Assembly: GCA_963745075.1 (NCBI GenBank)
Contig: CAVUWV010000001.1
Location: 320,001-384,000, forward strand
Source: Candidatus Hydrogenedentota bacterium
GTDB taxonomy: Bacteria > Hydrogenedentota > Hydrogenedentia > Hydrogenedentales > SLHB01
Direction of reading: 5' to 3'
Length of the DNA: 64,000 bases
Part shown: positions 19,903 to 28,931 of the stretch, in pieces
Position numbering within the stretch: position 1 is the stretch's first letter
How the letters are laid out: each line of letters starts with the position of its first letter
Notes under the pieces: model-generated
The model's input: only the letters and a program-made list of their open reading frames with translations
The model's database searches: none
Told to the model about the DNA's origin: nothing
Made by a program: the position numbers and the translations under genes

Positions 19903-21249
19903 ATGGGGCAGGAATTCCATCGGTTCAGAGCGGCCTCACTCGATGAAGCCTACCAGCTCATGCGCGCGCGCCTGGGTGCGGAAGCCATCGTTGTTCGCAC
20001 GACCCAAGTGAAGGAGGGAGGCGTGCTCGGATTGTTTGGGAAGCGCCTTGTGGAACTGACCGCCACGGCGCCCGTTCCCGTTGCGAATGCCAACCGCAAA
20101 CGCAGCGCGGTCGAGAAACGGTACGCGAGCGCATCGTGGCAGAAGAAGGAAAAGGCCATGGAAGTGCCGCGCAGCGCCGTCATGGGTTCGGATCGCGCGG
20201 TAGAAGACTCCGTCGCCTACTTCCAGCAACTCGTTAGCGACGCACAAAAACGAATCGGTGTCCGCCAGCCGGTAGACGCGGCCGCCGGTCAGGGGAATGA
20301 AGCCGTTGCGCCGGTGATTCCGTTCCGACGTCCGGCCAAAGAGCCGCAATCGAACGACGGGGTCCGGCGCGAGTTGCGCGAGTTGCGCGAACTGGTCGAG
20401 GTGCTCGTCGCGGAAGCCCCGGGAACCGGAGTTCCCGCCGAGTGCGCGCCGTGGTACAAGGCCCTCATCGATTCCGGTGTGTCGCGTAAGGCCGCCGCGG
20501 GGCTCGTTGCGGCCGCGGTGCGCGACAGCGATTTGGAATTGATGCGCGACCCCAAAATCCTCGCCCAGCGGATTGCCTTCGAGATCCGCAAGCAGATCCA
20601 AGTAACCGGCGGCATCGGCCTCAACGCCGGCGCCTGCCACAAGGTGGCCCTTGTGGGCGCGACCGGCGTGGGCAAGACGACCAGCCTTGCAAAACTGGCC
20701 GCCCAGTTCGCCGTTCGCGAGCGCGCCAAAGTCGCCCTCGTCACCGCCGACACCTACCGCGTGGCCGCGCCCGAGCAGTTGCGCGTCTATGCAAATATCA
20801 TCGGGATCCCCCTCCACGTGGTGAACGACGCGGCGGAAATGCGGGATACCCTGCGCAAACTCCGCGACTACGACCTTGTCCTGATCGACACGGCGGGGGG
20901 GAGCCAGTTCAACAAAGGACAACTCCGCGAACTTCGTGATATGCTGGAGGCCGCGCAACCCAACGAGACGATGCTCGTTCTGGGCGCCAATACGCAGCTC
21001 GATGACCTGCGCCAGATCGTGCAGAATTTCGCGCCGCTCCGGCCAACCTCGTTGTTCTTCTCGAAGCTCGACGAGACGCGCCGCTACGGCGGCGTCTATA
21101 CCGTGCTAGCGGAAACGGGGTTGCCGCTCGGGTATTTCAGTGTGGGACAAAACGTGCCCGACGACCTGATCCTGGCCCAGCCGGGGATGGTCGCGGATGT
21201 CGTACTCAATGGCAAGGCAACGCAACTGGGTTCGGGAACAAAACGCTAA
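19903..21249 (+). CDS. flhF: SRP-family GTPase FlhF
   Basis: GATGVGKTT, DTYRVAA, DTAG, SKLDET, GQNVPDD. Confidence 0.93.
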   Translation: MGQEFHRFRAASLDEAYQLMRARLGAEAIVVRTTQVKEGGVLGLFGKRLVELTATAPVPVANANRKRSAVEKRYASASWQKKEKAMEVPRSAVMGSDRAVEDSVAYFQQLVSDAQKRIGVRQPVDAAAGQGNEAVAPVIPFRRPAKEPQSNDGVRRELRELRELVEVLVAEAPGTGVPAECAPWYKALIDSGVSRKAAAGLVAAAVRDSDLELMRDPKILAQRIAFEIRKQIQVTGGIGLNAGACHKVALVGATGVGKTTSLAKLAAQFAVRERAKVALVTADTYRVAAPEQLRVYANIIGIPLHVVNDAAEMRDTLRKLRDYDLVLIDTAGGSQFNKGQLRELRDMLEAAQPNETMLVLGANTQLDDLRQIVQNFAPLRPTSLFFSKLDETRRYGGVYTVLAETGLPLGYFSVGQNVPDDLILAQPGMVADVVLNGKATQLGSGTKR

Positions 21250-21276
21250 CTTCGGCGCAGCGCGTCGCAACATAGG

Positions 21277-22155
21277 GTGATTCCAATCGTGGCAGATCAG
21301 GCGCAAAACCTACGGGAATTCGTTCGGCAACAACAGCGCGGCGCCCGCGTGCTCGCGGTCACCAGCGGGAAAGGCGGGGTCGGCAAAACCAACACCAGCA
21401 TCAACCTCGCCATCGCGCTGGCGGCCAAAGGTAAAGCCGTCTCCGTGATCGACGCCGACCTGGGGTTGGCCAACGTCGAGGTCCTGCTGGGCCTCAACTC
21501 GCTCTACAACCTCCAGCACGTCATCACCGGCGAGCGCTCCATGCTCGACGTCTTGACCCAGGGTCCCGGTGGCATCAACGTTGTGCCCGGCAGCTCCGGC
21601 ATCGCCCGCCTCGCGGACATGGGACCCAACGCGCGCCAGAATGTCCTCGATGGCCTCGAACAGCTCCAGGACAGCAGCGATTTCATCGTCATCGACACCA
21701 TGGCCGGTATCGGGCAAAACGCCGTTGCTTTCGCGGCCGCCGCGGACGAAATCCTCCTCGTGACCACGCCCGAGCCGTCGTCCATCGTCGACGCCTACGC
21801 CATGATCAAGACCGTCTACCAGACCCGCGACGATGCCGTGTTCCGCCTCATCGTGAACATGGCCCTGAACGAAGCCCAGGCCCGTGCCGTCGCCACCAAG
21901 ATGTCCCACGTCGCCCAGCAGTTCCTGGGCCGCAAGATTTCCTACCTCGGCTACCTCCCCCGCGACCCCCACGTCGCCCAAGCCGTCATGCAATCCACCC
22001 CCTTCAGCCTCCGCTACCCCAGCTGCTCCGCCGCGAAAAACATGAAAGACCTCGCTACCCGCATCGAACAACAGCGCCTCGACCAGCCCGGCCAATCCCG
22101 CGCCGGCTTCTTCCGCCGCATCGCCGAAAACCTCGGCCTCGCCAGCAACGGCTAG
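21277..22155 (+). CDS. flhG: MinD-like ATPase FlhG/FleN (start may be GTG 21289)
   Basis: ADQA..LR N-terminus, SGKGGVGKT, DADLGLAN, TTPEPSSIVDAY. Confidence 0.92.
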   Translation: MIPIVADQAQNLREFVRQQQRGARVLAVTSGKGGVGKTNTSINLAIALAAKGKAVSVIDADLGLANVEVLLGLNSLYNLQHVITGERSMLDVLTQGPGGINVVPGSSGIARLADMGPNARQNVLDGLEQLQDSSDFIVIDTMAGIGQNAVAFAAAADEILLVTTPEPSSIVDAYAMIKTVYQTRDDAVFRLIVNMALNEAQARAVATKMSHVAQQFLGRKISYLGYLPRDPHVAQAVMQSTPFSLRYPSCSAAKNMKDLATRIEQQRLDQPGQSRAGFFRRIAENLGLASNG

Positions 22156-22288
22156 GCAGCAAACACATTCGTCCACGCCATGGTGAAGAAAGCACTGCCA
22201 GATCCACGCCCTCGTCAGACAAGGTCATTTGCAGCCTTAGCGACCGGCAAGAATCCGTTAACGAAGCTCGAATACGAGATGTTGTTCT

Positions 22289-22371
22289 GCCCTTTCAGGG
22301 CGGTCCACTTGGGGGATGCGTTTGTCCCAGGGCGTTGCCCTGGGCTGCCATGTCACGGCCCTTCGGGCCTG
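22289..22371. repeat. Solo copy of the three-hairpin REP / IS200-end module
   Basis: gccctttcagggc ... cccagggcgttgccctggg ... gcccttcgggc. Confidence 0.8.
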
Positions 22372-22560
22372 AAGAATACCGCCGGGAAGCGCTTCTTCAG
22401 ATAGGTCGTGCTTTATTCGGGTGCTACTTGGCCACTTTCAAAGCCTGCTCGTGTGGCGATGATTTTGGCTCGTTGAAGGACGAAGCCCAATGGACGGCAG
22501 ATCCCGCGGACGTCACGCGTTATCACTACGCTATGGTGAAGCACGACTAGAGCGGCTAAA

Positions 22561-22739
22561 GTTCTCTCGTAGCCGTTTCTGACCTCTCGTACTCGTTCTC
22601 GCACTTCGTACTCATACCGGGGTCGCCGAGCGGGTAGAGAATGCAATTTGGATAACCCAACACGCCATTTCTCCATCCTGCCAAGACTATGCGCTTCGTT
22701 GAAAACGAGTACGAAGTGCGATTGAGAGGTCACAAGAAG
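22561..22739. repeat. About 170-bp long stem-loop element, copy 1
   Basis: tcgcacttcgtactc (22599-22613) is the perfect inverse of gagtacgaagtgcga (22707-22721); diverged copy at 23993-24150. Confidence 0.65.
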
Positions 22740-22846
22740 ACGTAAAACGCACTACCTGCAATTGAATTAATGTCGAGAATGCCGACTCCGCCGACCAAGT
22801 CGAGAATGTCGTCCCAACGACGCGGGAACTACTTCGTATGGAATTC

Positions 22847-23498
22847 GCCCCGAAGGGGCTTTAACATGACAGCCTAGGGCAACGCCCTGGGATCCGAATC
22901 GTCTCTCTTTGTAAGCCCTGAAAGGGCGAAACAGGAGCAATCAGATGGCGCAATCCCTGTCAATGAACCTACTCCATCTCATCTACAGCACCAAAAACCG
23001 CGAAGCCTGCCTCACCGACGAAATCCGCCCAAAACTCTTCGCATACCAATCGGGTATTCTCAAAGAATTGGACAGCGCCGCTATCGTTATTGGTGGCACA
23101 GAAGACCATCTTCATGCGCTGTTCACGTTGTCGAAGACCCGCGCCTTGTGCGATGTCGTCGAGGAGGTGAAAAAGGGATCGTCCAAATGGCTCAAAACCC
23201 AGGGCTCGGAATTCGCCGGCTTCCATTGGCAAAACGGCTATGGTGCATTCTCCTTGAGCGAGTCTCACGTGGCCAAGGCCCGCCGTTACATTGAAAGGCA
23301 AGAAGAACACCACCGCACGCTGACGTTCCAGGAAGGATTCCGTTTGTTTCTGAAACGGTATCGCATTGAATATGACGAACGTTACGTCTGGGACTGACGC
23401 CCTGTCCTGCCCTTTCAGGGCGATCACCATGGGGGTGCCGTTATCCCAGGGCGTTGCCCTGGGCTGCCATGACTTGGCCCTTCGGGCCTGAAAGGCCC
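22847..23498 (+). mobile_element. IS200-type / REP-associated HUH transposase element with about 80-bp inverted three-hairpin ends
   Basis: Left end gccccgaaggggc..cctagggcaacgccctggg..gccctgaaagggc (22847-22927) is inverted at 23409-23498. Confidence 0.8.
22945..23397 (+). CDS. tnpA: IS200/IS605-family Y1 HUH transposase TnpA
   Basis: HLIYSTKNR, DHLH (HUH), KKGSSKW, FHWQNGYGAFS, catalytic YIERQEEHH, DERYVWD. Confidence 0.93.
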   Translation: MAQSLSMNLLHLIYSTKNREACLTDEIRPKLFAYQSGILKELDSAAIVIGGTEDHLHALFTLSKTRALCDVVEEVKKGSSKWLKTQGSEFAGFHWQNGYGAFSLSESHVAKARRYIERQEEHHRTLTFQEGFRLFLKRYRIEYDERYVWD

Positions 23499-23845
23499 CA
23501 AACATGATAGCCCGGGACTCATATGACTTGGCCTTTGGGCCTGCGAAAAGGCCCCAAACATGATAGCCCGGGGCTCATATGACTTGGCCTTTCGGGCCTG
23601 AAAGGCCCTAAACATGATAGCCCGGGGCTCATTATGACTTGGCCTTTCGGGCCTGAAAGGCCCCAAACATGATAGCCCGGGGCTCATATGACTTGGCCTT
23701 TCGGGCCTGAAAGGCCCCAAACATGATAGCCCGGGACTCATATGACTTGGCCTTTCGGGCCTGAAAGGCCCCAAACATGATAGCCCGGGGCTCATATGAC
23801 TTGGCCTTTCGGGCCTGAAAGGCCCCAAACATGATAGCCCGGGGC
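23469..23845 (+). repeat. Tandem array of about 7 x 54-bp palindromic units
   Basis: aaacatgatagcccgggRctcatatgacttggcctttcgggcctgaaaggcccc; aaacatg recurs at 23500, 23556, 23610, 23665, 23719, 23773, 23827. Confidence 0.92.
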
Positions 23846-23992
23846 AGAGCGAAGCGTCGCCCCGGGTACTTGGTATTCCCAAGAACATGAGCGCTGAAAG
23901 TGCGATACAAAGGGCGCGCTCGCAGCGATCGGACGGCCGACATTTATGGTCGCAAATCGCGAGAGTGATCGCGGGGTTTTCGAGCAGTTTGA

Positions 23993-24150
23993 GTCTTCTC
24001 GTAGCCGCCGCTGCCCTTACGTACTCGTTCTCGTACTCGAATCGTCGAGCGGGTAGGGTTGCGGTTTGGCCAACCCAACACGTCGTTCCTCCGCTGTGTC
24101 AAAACTTTGCATCTCGTCGAGTACGAAGTACGATTAAGAGGACACGGAAG
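23993..24150. repeat. About 160-bp stem-loop element, copy 2
   Basis: ctcgtagccg...cgtactcgttctcg...gagcgggtag...aacccaacacg...gagtacgaagt.cgatt.agagg shared with 22561-22739. Confidence 0.65.
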
Positions 24151-24176
24151 CAGTTAAGATGCCCGAGCCTCGTCCT

Positions 24177-24255
24177 GCCCTTTCAGGGCGATCGACATGG
24201 GGTGCCGTTATCCCAGGGCGTTGCACCGGGCTACCATGTCTTGACCCTTCGGGCC
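24177..24255. repeat. Solo copy of the IS200-end / REP module
   Basis: gccctttcagggcgatc..catggggtgccgttatcccagggcgttgc is nearly identical to 23409-23460. Confidence 0.8.
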
Positions 24256-24399
24256 GGAAGCGCGGAGAGTAACATCGTCGGGGTGCCGAGTGATATCGGG
24301 CGGCTTGTGGAGTGGCATTCGTTTACGCGGCACATAGCGTCCATCACGTCTATTCAGTCCATATTGTCCATTTTGTGGCCAGGCGCGCAGCTGCTCCGC

Positions 24400-25137
24400 C
24401 TACATCCTGAACCGCTCGCCCAAATACGCCCGTCGCACCGTCTCATTCGCGACGATCTCCTCCGGCGTCCCCGCGCAGATGATCTTCCCTTCTTCGATGA
24501 TGTAAGCGCGATCGGTGATTTCGAGCGTGTCGCGCACGTTGTGGTCGGTGATGAGAACGCCGATCTCGATCTTCTTCAGCGCCTGCACGATGTCCTGCAA
24601 ATCCGCGACCGCGATGGGGTCGATCCCCGCGAAAGGTTCGTCGAGCAGAAACACCTTCGGCGCAGTGACGAGCGCGCGGCATATTTCCGTGCGTCGCCGT
24701 TCGCCGCCCGACAGGGTATACGCCAGGTTATCCGCGCGGTCCGCGATGTTGAGATCCTGCATGAGTTGATCGGCCCGTTCCCGGCGTTGGGACCGGCTCA
24801 TGGACTTGTGCTCGAGGACGGCCATGAGGTTCTGGCGCACCGTGAGCTTGCGAAACACAGACGGTTCCTGGGGCAGGTAGGCCATGCCCGCCCGCGCCCG
24901 GCGGTACATGGGATACTTGGTCACGTCCTGGCCGGAAAACCAGATGCTGCCCTTCGTGGGACGCAGCATGCCGACCGCCATGCGGAACGTAGTCGTCTTG
25001 CCCGCGCCGTTGGGTCCCAGCAGGCCGACCACCTCGCCGGGGTTCACCTCGATCGACACGTCGTTCACCACGACACGCCGTTTGAACCGTTTGACCAACC
25101 CGTCCGCTCTTAAAAGGGGCGCTCCATTACCCGCCAC
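24400..25137 (-). CDS. lptB: LPS export ABC ATPase
   Basis: GLLGPNGAGKTT, YLPQEPSVFRKLTV, LSGGERRR, LDEPFAGIDP, ITDHNVR, YLGE.F. Confidence 0.96.
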   Translation of the reverse strand: MAGNGAPLLRADGLVKRFKRRVVVNDVSIEVNPGEVVGLLGPNGAGKTTTFRMAVGMLRPTKGSIWFSGQDVTKYPMYRRARAGMAYLPQEPSVFRKLTVRQNLMAVLEHKSMSRSQRRERADQLMQDLNIADRADNLAYTLSGGERRRTEICRALVTAPKVFLLDEPFAGIDPIAVADLQDIVQALKKIEIGVLITDHNVRDTLEITDRAYIIEEGKIICAGTPEEIVANETVRRAYLGERFRM

Positions 25138-25241
25138 GAATCTCGTTCTCCTTCAGTAAGCCGTAATTTGCATAGACGTACAGGCGCGCTCGCGACATGG
25201 ACTATAGAGACAAGTCGCACGGACAATTGCCGCGCCCTTTT

Positions 25242-25393
25242 CGTCCATAGTGTCCATAGTGTCCATTTCGTCCAACGCGCTGTCTCAACTGTCCTTCTCC
25301 GTCGGCTTCCCCTGGCGTCCCTGTCGTCCCTGAAACCTCCGCTTCGGCTTCTGCCCCCTCCCCCTTTGAAGGGGGATCAAGGGGGATGTTCTT
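25242..25393 (+). repeat. gtccat/gtccct 9-mers plus CCCCCTTTGAAGGGGG REP hairpin
   Basis: ctccccctttgaagggggatcaagggggatgttctt is identical at 38032-38067. Confidence 0.75.
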
Positions 25394-25403
25394 TCCGTTC
25401 CGT

Positions 25404-26819
25404 CTATTGCTGCGCAGGCGTCTCGCCTTCGTCCGGTTTGCCGAGTCTGCGTTGGTCCATTTCTTCGATTGACGTGCCCTGCATGCTCATGTTGCCCGTG
25501 ACGAGATCATAGACCACCCGTTTCGCGGTCGCGCCAGTGAGCCCGGGTTGGCTGCCTTTCACGTTACCCGTAAACGTCAGCGTGTTACTCGCCATGTCCA
25601 AATCCGCCGAGTCGGATTCGATATCGGTCGTCGGCCCGTCGACTTTCACGTCGCCCGTCATGACGATGCGGTCGGGCGTCGGCTTGTCCGCGGAATACGC
25701 GAAGGTCAGTTCCCTCGCATCGAGCGCCAGTGGCGGCGCGTCTTCTTCTTTCCCGTGCATGAGGAGCTGCACCCCGCCACGCATCCAGTTCAGCTTTCCC
25801 GCTGTCATGGATACTTCCGGCGCCTTTTCGATGTCCATCTTCGAGAAGGGACTCGTGGACTCCTCGTTCGCCCCTTCGTCCGCTCCCTCGGCCGGTGCGG
25901 GTTCACCGATATCGAGCCCTTGCGCGCGGAGGTTCGTCATTTCCGCATCACCCGTATCGAGGTTATAGGTCAGTTTGTCCGTATCAAAGGTCTCGATCTG
26001 TTCGGTCTTTCCCTTCACGTTCCCGGTAAACTCGAGGCGCTTCTTCCCGAGGTCGAGGTCCGCCTTTTCGGAACGGATGTCCCCCTGGGGGCCGTCCACC
26101 CGCACGTTGCTGCGCATCTGAATCGCGGCCGGCTGCCCGGACGGAGACCATGCAATCCCCACGTTCGCAGCACTGAGTTTGAGTCGCTGCGCGCCGGACG
26201 TGGCCGGTTGCAGCGTGATCGACACGCCGCCCGACATCCGATCGACCTGCCCGTCGTTGAAACTCACCGCGCCCGCGCGGTCGATATCCATCTGCGAATA
26301 GTCCGTCTCGCCTGACGCGCCCTCTCCGCCGCCGATTTCGATGCCCGTCGCGCGAAGGTTGACCATCTGCGAATCGCCGGAATTCAGGTCGTACACGATC
26401 TCGTCCGCCTCAAACGAAGCGATCTGTTCGGAACTCCCGCTCACGTTTCCGGTAAACGTCAGCAGGCCCGCCTTCATATCGAGTACCGCCTGGCTGGATT
26501 GGATGTCGCCCTGTGGGCTGTCGACGCGGACTTGATCCTTGAGATTGATGCGCGTGGGTGAGTTGCCTCCGTCCTCGGGCCACACAAAAGAAATCTCCTG
26601 CGCGCCGAGCCGCATGGGCCGTACCGAATCGTCCGCGCCGCGCAATACGATCTCCACGCCGCCCGAGATGGTTTCCAGGCGCGAATCCTTGAATTCGACC
26701 CGCGGCGCCGGTTTCTGGATGTCGATATAGGTGTAGTTCGTCGAACCAACCTGTGCGGCCGCGAGCGGCAGCATGGCAAGTGCGGCGACATAGATAGCCG
26801 ATCGGGTTCGGACACTCAT
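25404..26819 (-). CDS. lptA: LptA/OstA-like periplasmic protein with three tandem repeats
   Basis: Signal peptide; three units each with GGV.I.L, V.VD.P..DI.S..A.LD, L.FTGNV.G and YD/NL..G; located between lptC-like and lptB. Confidence 0.7.
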   Translation of the reverse strand: MSVRTRSAIYVAALAMLPLAAAQVGSTNYTYIDIQKPAPRVEFKDSRLETISGGVEIVLRGADDSVRPMRLGAQEISFVWPEDGGNSPTRINLKDQVRVDSPQGDIQSSQAVLDMKAGLLTFTGNVSGSSEQIASFEADEIVYDLNSGDSQMVNLRATGIEIGGGEGASGETDYSQMDIDRAGAVSFNDGQVDRMSGGVSITLQPATSGAQRLKLSAANVGIAWSPSGQPAAIQMRSNVRVDGPQGDIRSEKADLDLGKKRLEFTGNVKGKTEQIETFDTDKLTYNLDTGDAEMTNLRAQGLDIGEPAPAEGADEGANEESTSPFSKMDIEKAPEVSMTAGKLNWMRGGVQLLMHGKEEDAPPLALDARELTFAYSADKPTPDRIVMTGDVKVDGPTTDIESDSADLDMASNTLTFTGNVKGSQPGLTGATAKRVVYDLVTGNMSMQGTSIEEMDQRRLGKPDEGETPAQQ

Positions 26820-27415
26820 GGCGACGTCTCCCGTTGCTCAAGGCTCACCGTGCCGGTCACGCCGTCGAGAAGCAGCGTTTTCGAATCCGCATGGTACTCC
26901 ATGCCCTGCGCGGATAGTTTCGTTTCGCCGTCGGTCACGGTGAGAGGGCTCCCCGAACGGGCCGTGCCGTCCTTGTTCGTCCACTCCATGTCTTGCAGTT
27001 CCACATGCTGAGGTCCGAGATCCACCGTGACCCCGTCCCGCAACGAGGCCGTATCGGCTTTCTCGTCAAACTCGGCGCTGCCGGCTTCAAACTTCGTTGG
27101 CTGGCCGTCCAAATCGTAAATGATCGCTGTCGCGGGCGTCAGCGCCCACCGCCCATCTTCCATCAGAGAACACTGGGGCGACGATATCTCGAAACTGGCG
27201 CCCCGCGATTCACCGCCTGCCATGTCGGGGCGAAACGCGCGTAACGTCATGCTCCCGCTCATACTGACTTGCGCATCCTCTTTCGGCCTCGTTGTCCCGG
27301 CAGGCGTAGAAGCGCTCGAAGACTCGGGCGTTTCCACCGGCGCCGTACTGGACTTGTTACAGGCGGAAGTCGCAAGCAGGAACGCGCACGCCGCGAGTGC
27401 GTTTGCCGTCCTCAT
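26816..27415 (-). CDS. lptC: LptC-like lipoprotein
   Basis: Lipobox TSAC; C-terminal LSAQGMEY...LLLDGVTG beta-jellyroll; operon position. Confidence 0.65.
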   Translation of the reverse strand: MRTANALAACAFLLATSACNKSSTAPVETPESSSASTPAGTTRPKEDAQVSMSGSMTLRAFRPDMAGGESRGASFEISSPQCSLMEDGRWALTPATAIIYDLDGQPTKFEAGSAEFDEKADTASLRDGVTVDLGPQHVELQDMEWTNKDGTARSGSPLTVTDGETKLSAQGMEYHADSKTLLLDGVTGTVSLEQRETSP

Positions 27416-28185
27416 GGCTGCACCTTTTCATTCTTGCGAAACACCGCTTTTAGTCCCTTCAGAGTCAGCAAGGGGTCGACATGATCGATCTTTCCACTGA
27501 TCTTGGCGATCAATCCGGCAAAACCGCCAGTCGCCACCACCGTCGGTTTTGCGTTCATTTCCTCCGCTATTCGACCGATGAGCCCGTCCACGAGATCCGT
27601 GTATCCATACGTGAGACCCGCCCGGATATGGGAGATCGTGTCTTTGCCAATGACCGTGTCCGGCCGCGCAATCTCCACACGGGGCAGCTTCGCGCACTTC
27701 TCGAAAAGCGCGTCCGCCGAAATCTGTAACCCCGGGACGATCACGCCGCCGCGATACTCCCGATCCGCAGACAGCGCGTCGAACGTAGTGGCAGTCCCGA
27801 AATCCACAACAATCAGCGGTCCCTCATATTCTTCGACAGCGGCGACGGCATTGACGATGCGGTCCGCGCCCACCTCTTTCGGATTGTCGACCTGGATCAC
27901 GATCCCGGTCCGGATGCCGGGCCCCACGAAAAGCGGCTTCACGTCGAAGGCGTTCTTGCACACCACTTCCAACTCGTGGTTGAACTGCGGCACCACGCTG
28001 GATATGCAGCAGCCGTTCACCGCCTTCGGGTCGATCCCGCGCTCCCTAAATAACATGGTATAGAGTACGAGCAACTCGTCGGCGGTTCGGTACGAAGTGA
28101 CCAGCCGCCAATCCGCCTGGAGCGTGTCGCCCTGGTACAGACCAAGGACGGTGTGGGAGTTGCCCACGTCAATGACCAGCAACAT
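27412..28185 (-). CDS. coaX: Type III pantothenate kinase
   Basis: LVIDVGNSHT, GADRIVN, VDFGTATTFD, ATGG, LTLKGL. Confidence 0.96.
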   Translation of the reverse strand: MLLVIDVGNSHTVLGLYQGDTLQADWRLVTSYRTADELLVLYTMLFRERGIDPKAVNGCCISSVVPQFNHELEVVCKNAFDVKPLFVGPGIRTGIVIQVDNPKEVGADRIVNAVAAVEEYEGPLIVVDFGTATTFDALSADREYRGGVIVPGLQISADALFEKCAKLPRVEIARPDTVIGKDTISHIRAGLTYGYTDLVDGLIGRIAEEMNAKPTVVATGGFAGLIAKISGKIDHVDPLLTLKGLKAVFRKNEKVQP

Positions 28186-28190
28186 GGCGG

Positions 28191-28931
28191 TTATGCTCCG
28201 TCCAACTCGATGATTTCTCCGAGCAGAATGCGTTCCCGTCCCAGTGGCGTCTCAACCACCAAGGCCCCGTCGCGTTCCACCGATTGCACCACACCCTCGC
28301 GGCCTTCATGCCGAATCCGGCGGCCCACGATGCCGCACGCCTCCGCCCACTCGGTGTGCACGCGATCCAATTGCCCTGCTCGCAATACTAAAATTCGTTC
28401 GTCGAGCCGCGTCAAAACGTCCCGCAGCAGCGTGCTCCGTTCGCAATCGCGGCCCGAAGCCAGTTCCACCGAGGTGGCCTTCTCGCGCAACTCGATGGGG
28501 AAGTCGTCTTCCGTGTGGTGCACGTTGATGCCGATACCCAGCGCGGTCCGGCCACGCCGGCCTTCAACGAGCACCCCGGAGACTTTGCGTCCATTCAAGA
28601 GTACGTCGTTCGGCCATTTGACGATGGCGTGACCCCATCCCTTCAAAACATCCCGGATAGCCAGCGGCGCCACAAACGCCAAGCCTTCCTGGGGTTTCTC
28701 GAACACGACGCTGAACCACAACCCCAAACCGGGTTCGCTGTGCCACGAGCGCCCGTGCCGCCCGCGCCCTGCCCATTGCATGTCTGCCACCACGACGAGC
28801 CCGTCGCCGCCCAACGTCAAGGCGCGGTCGTTGGTTGACGTGATTTCCTCATACACGAGCACCCGAGAGCCGACAAAGGTCGTATTCAAGGGAGTCGCCA
28901 GGGTGAGCGGCTTTCTAATGGTCTTAGACAT
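28191..28931 (-). CDS. birA: Biotin-protein ligase (no HTH)
   Basis: STND, QWAGRGRHGRSW, KWPND, KVSGVLVE, GIGINV. Confidence 0.93.
   Translation of the reverse strand: MSKTIRKPLTLATPLNTTFVGSRVLVYEEITSTNDRALTLGGDGLVVVADMQWAGRGRHGRSWHSEPGLGLWFSVVFEKPQEGLAFVAPLAIRDVLKGWGHAIVKWPNDVLLNGRKVSGVLVEGRRGRTALGIGINVHHTEDDFPIELREKATSVELASGRDCERSTLLRDVLTRLDERILVLRAGQLDRVHTEWAEACGIVGRRIRHEGREGVVQSVERDGALVVETPLGRERILLGEIIELDGA

Noticed and set aside
15608..22155. Non-flagellar type III secretion system
   Set aside because: flhF and flhG follow flhA, which marks the flagellar system
22945..23397. IS605/TnpB or IscB RNA-guided nuclease locus
   Set aside because: No RuvC-type ORF next to tnpA
23469..23845. 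CRISPR array
   Set aside because: Units are near-identical end to end with no unique spacers, no cas genes are present, and the unit derives from the transposase end hairpins
23424..25113. ORFs 23424-23888, 23632-23943 and 23887-25113
   Set aside because: Read-through of the tandem array and REPs, or antisense to lptB
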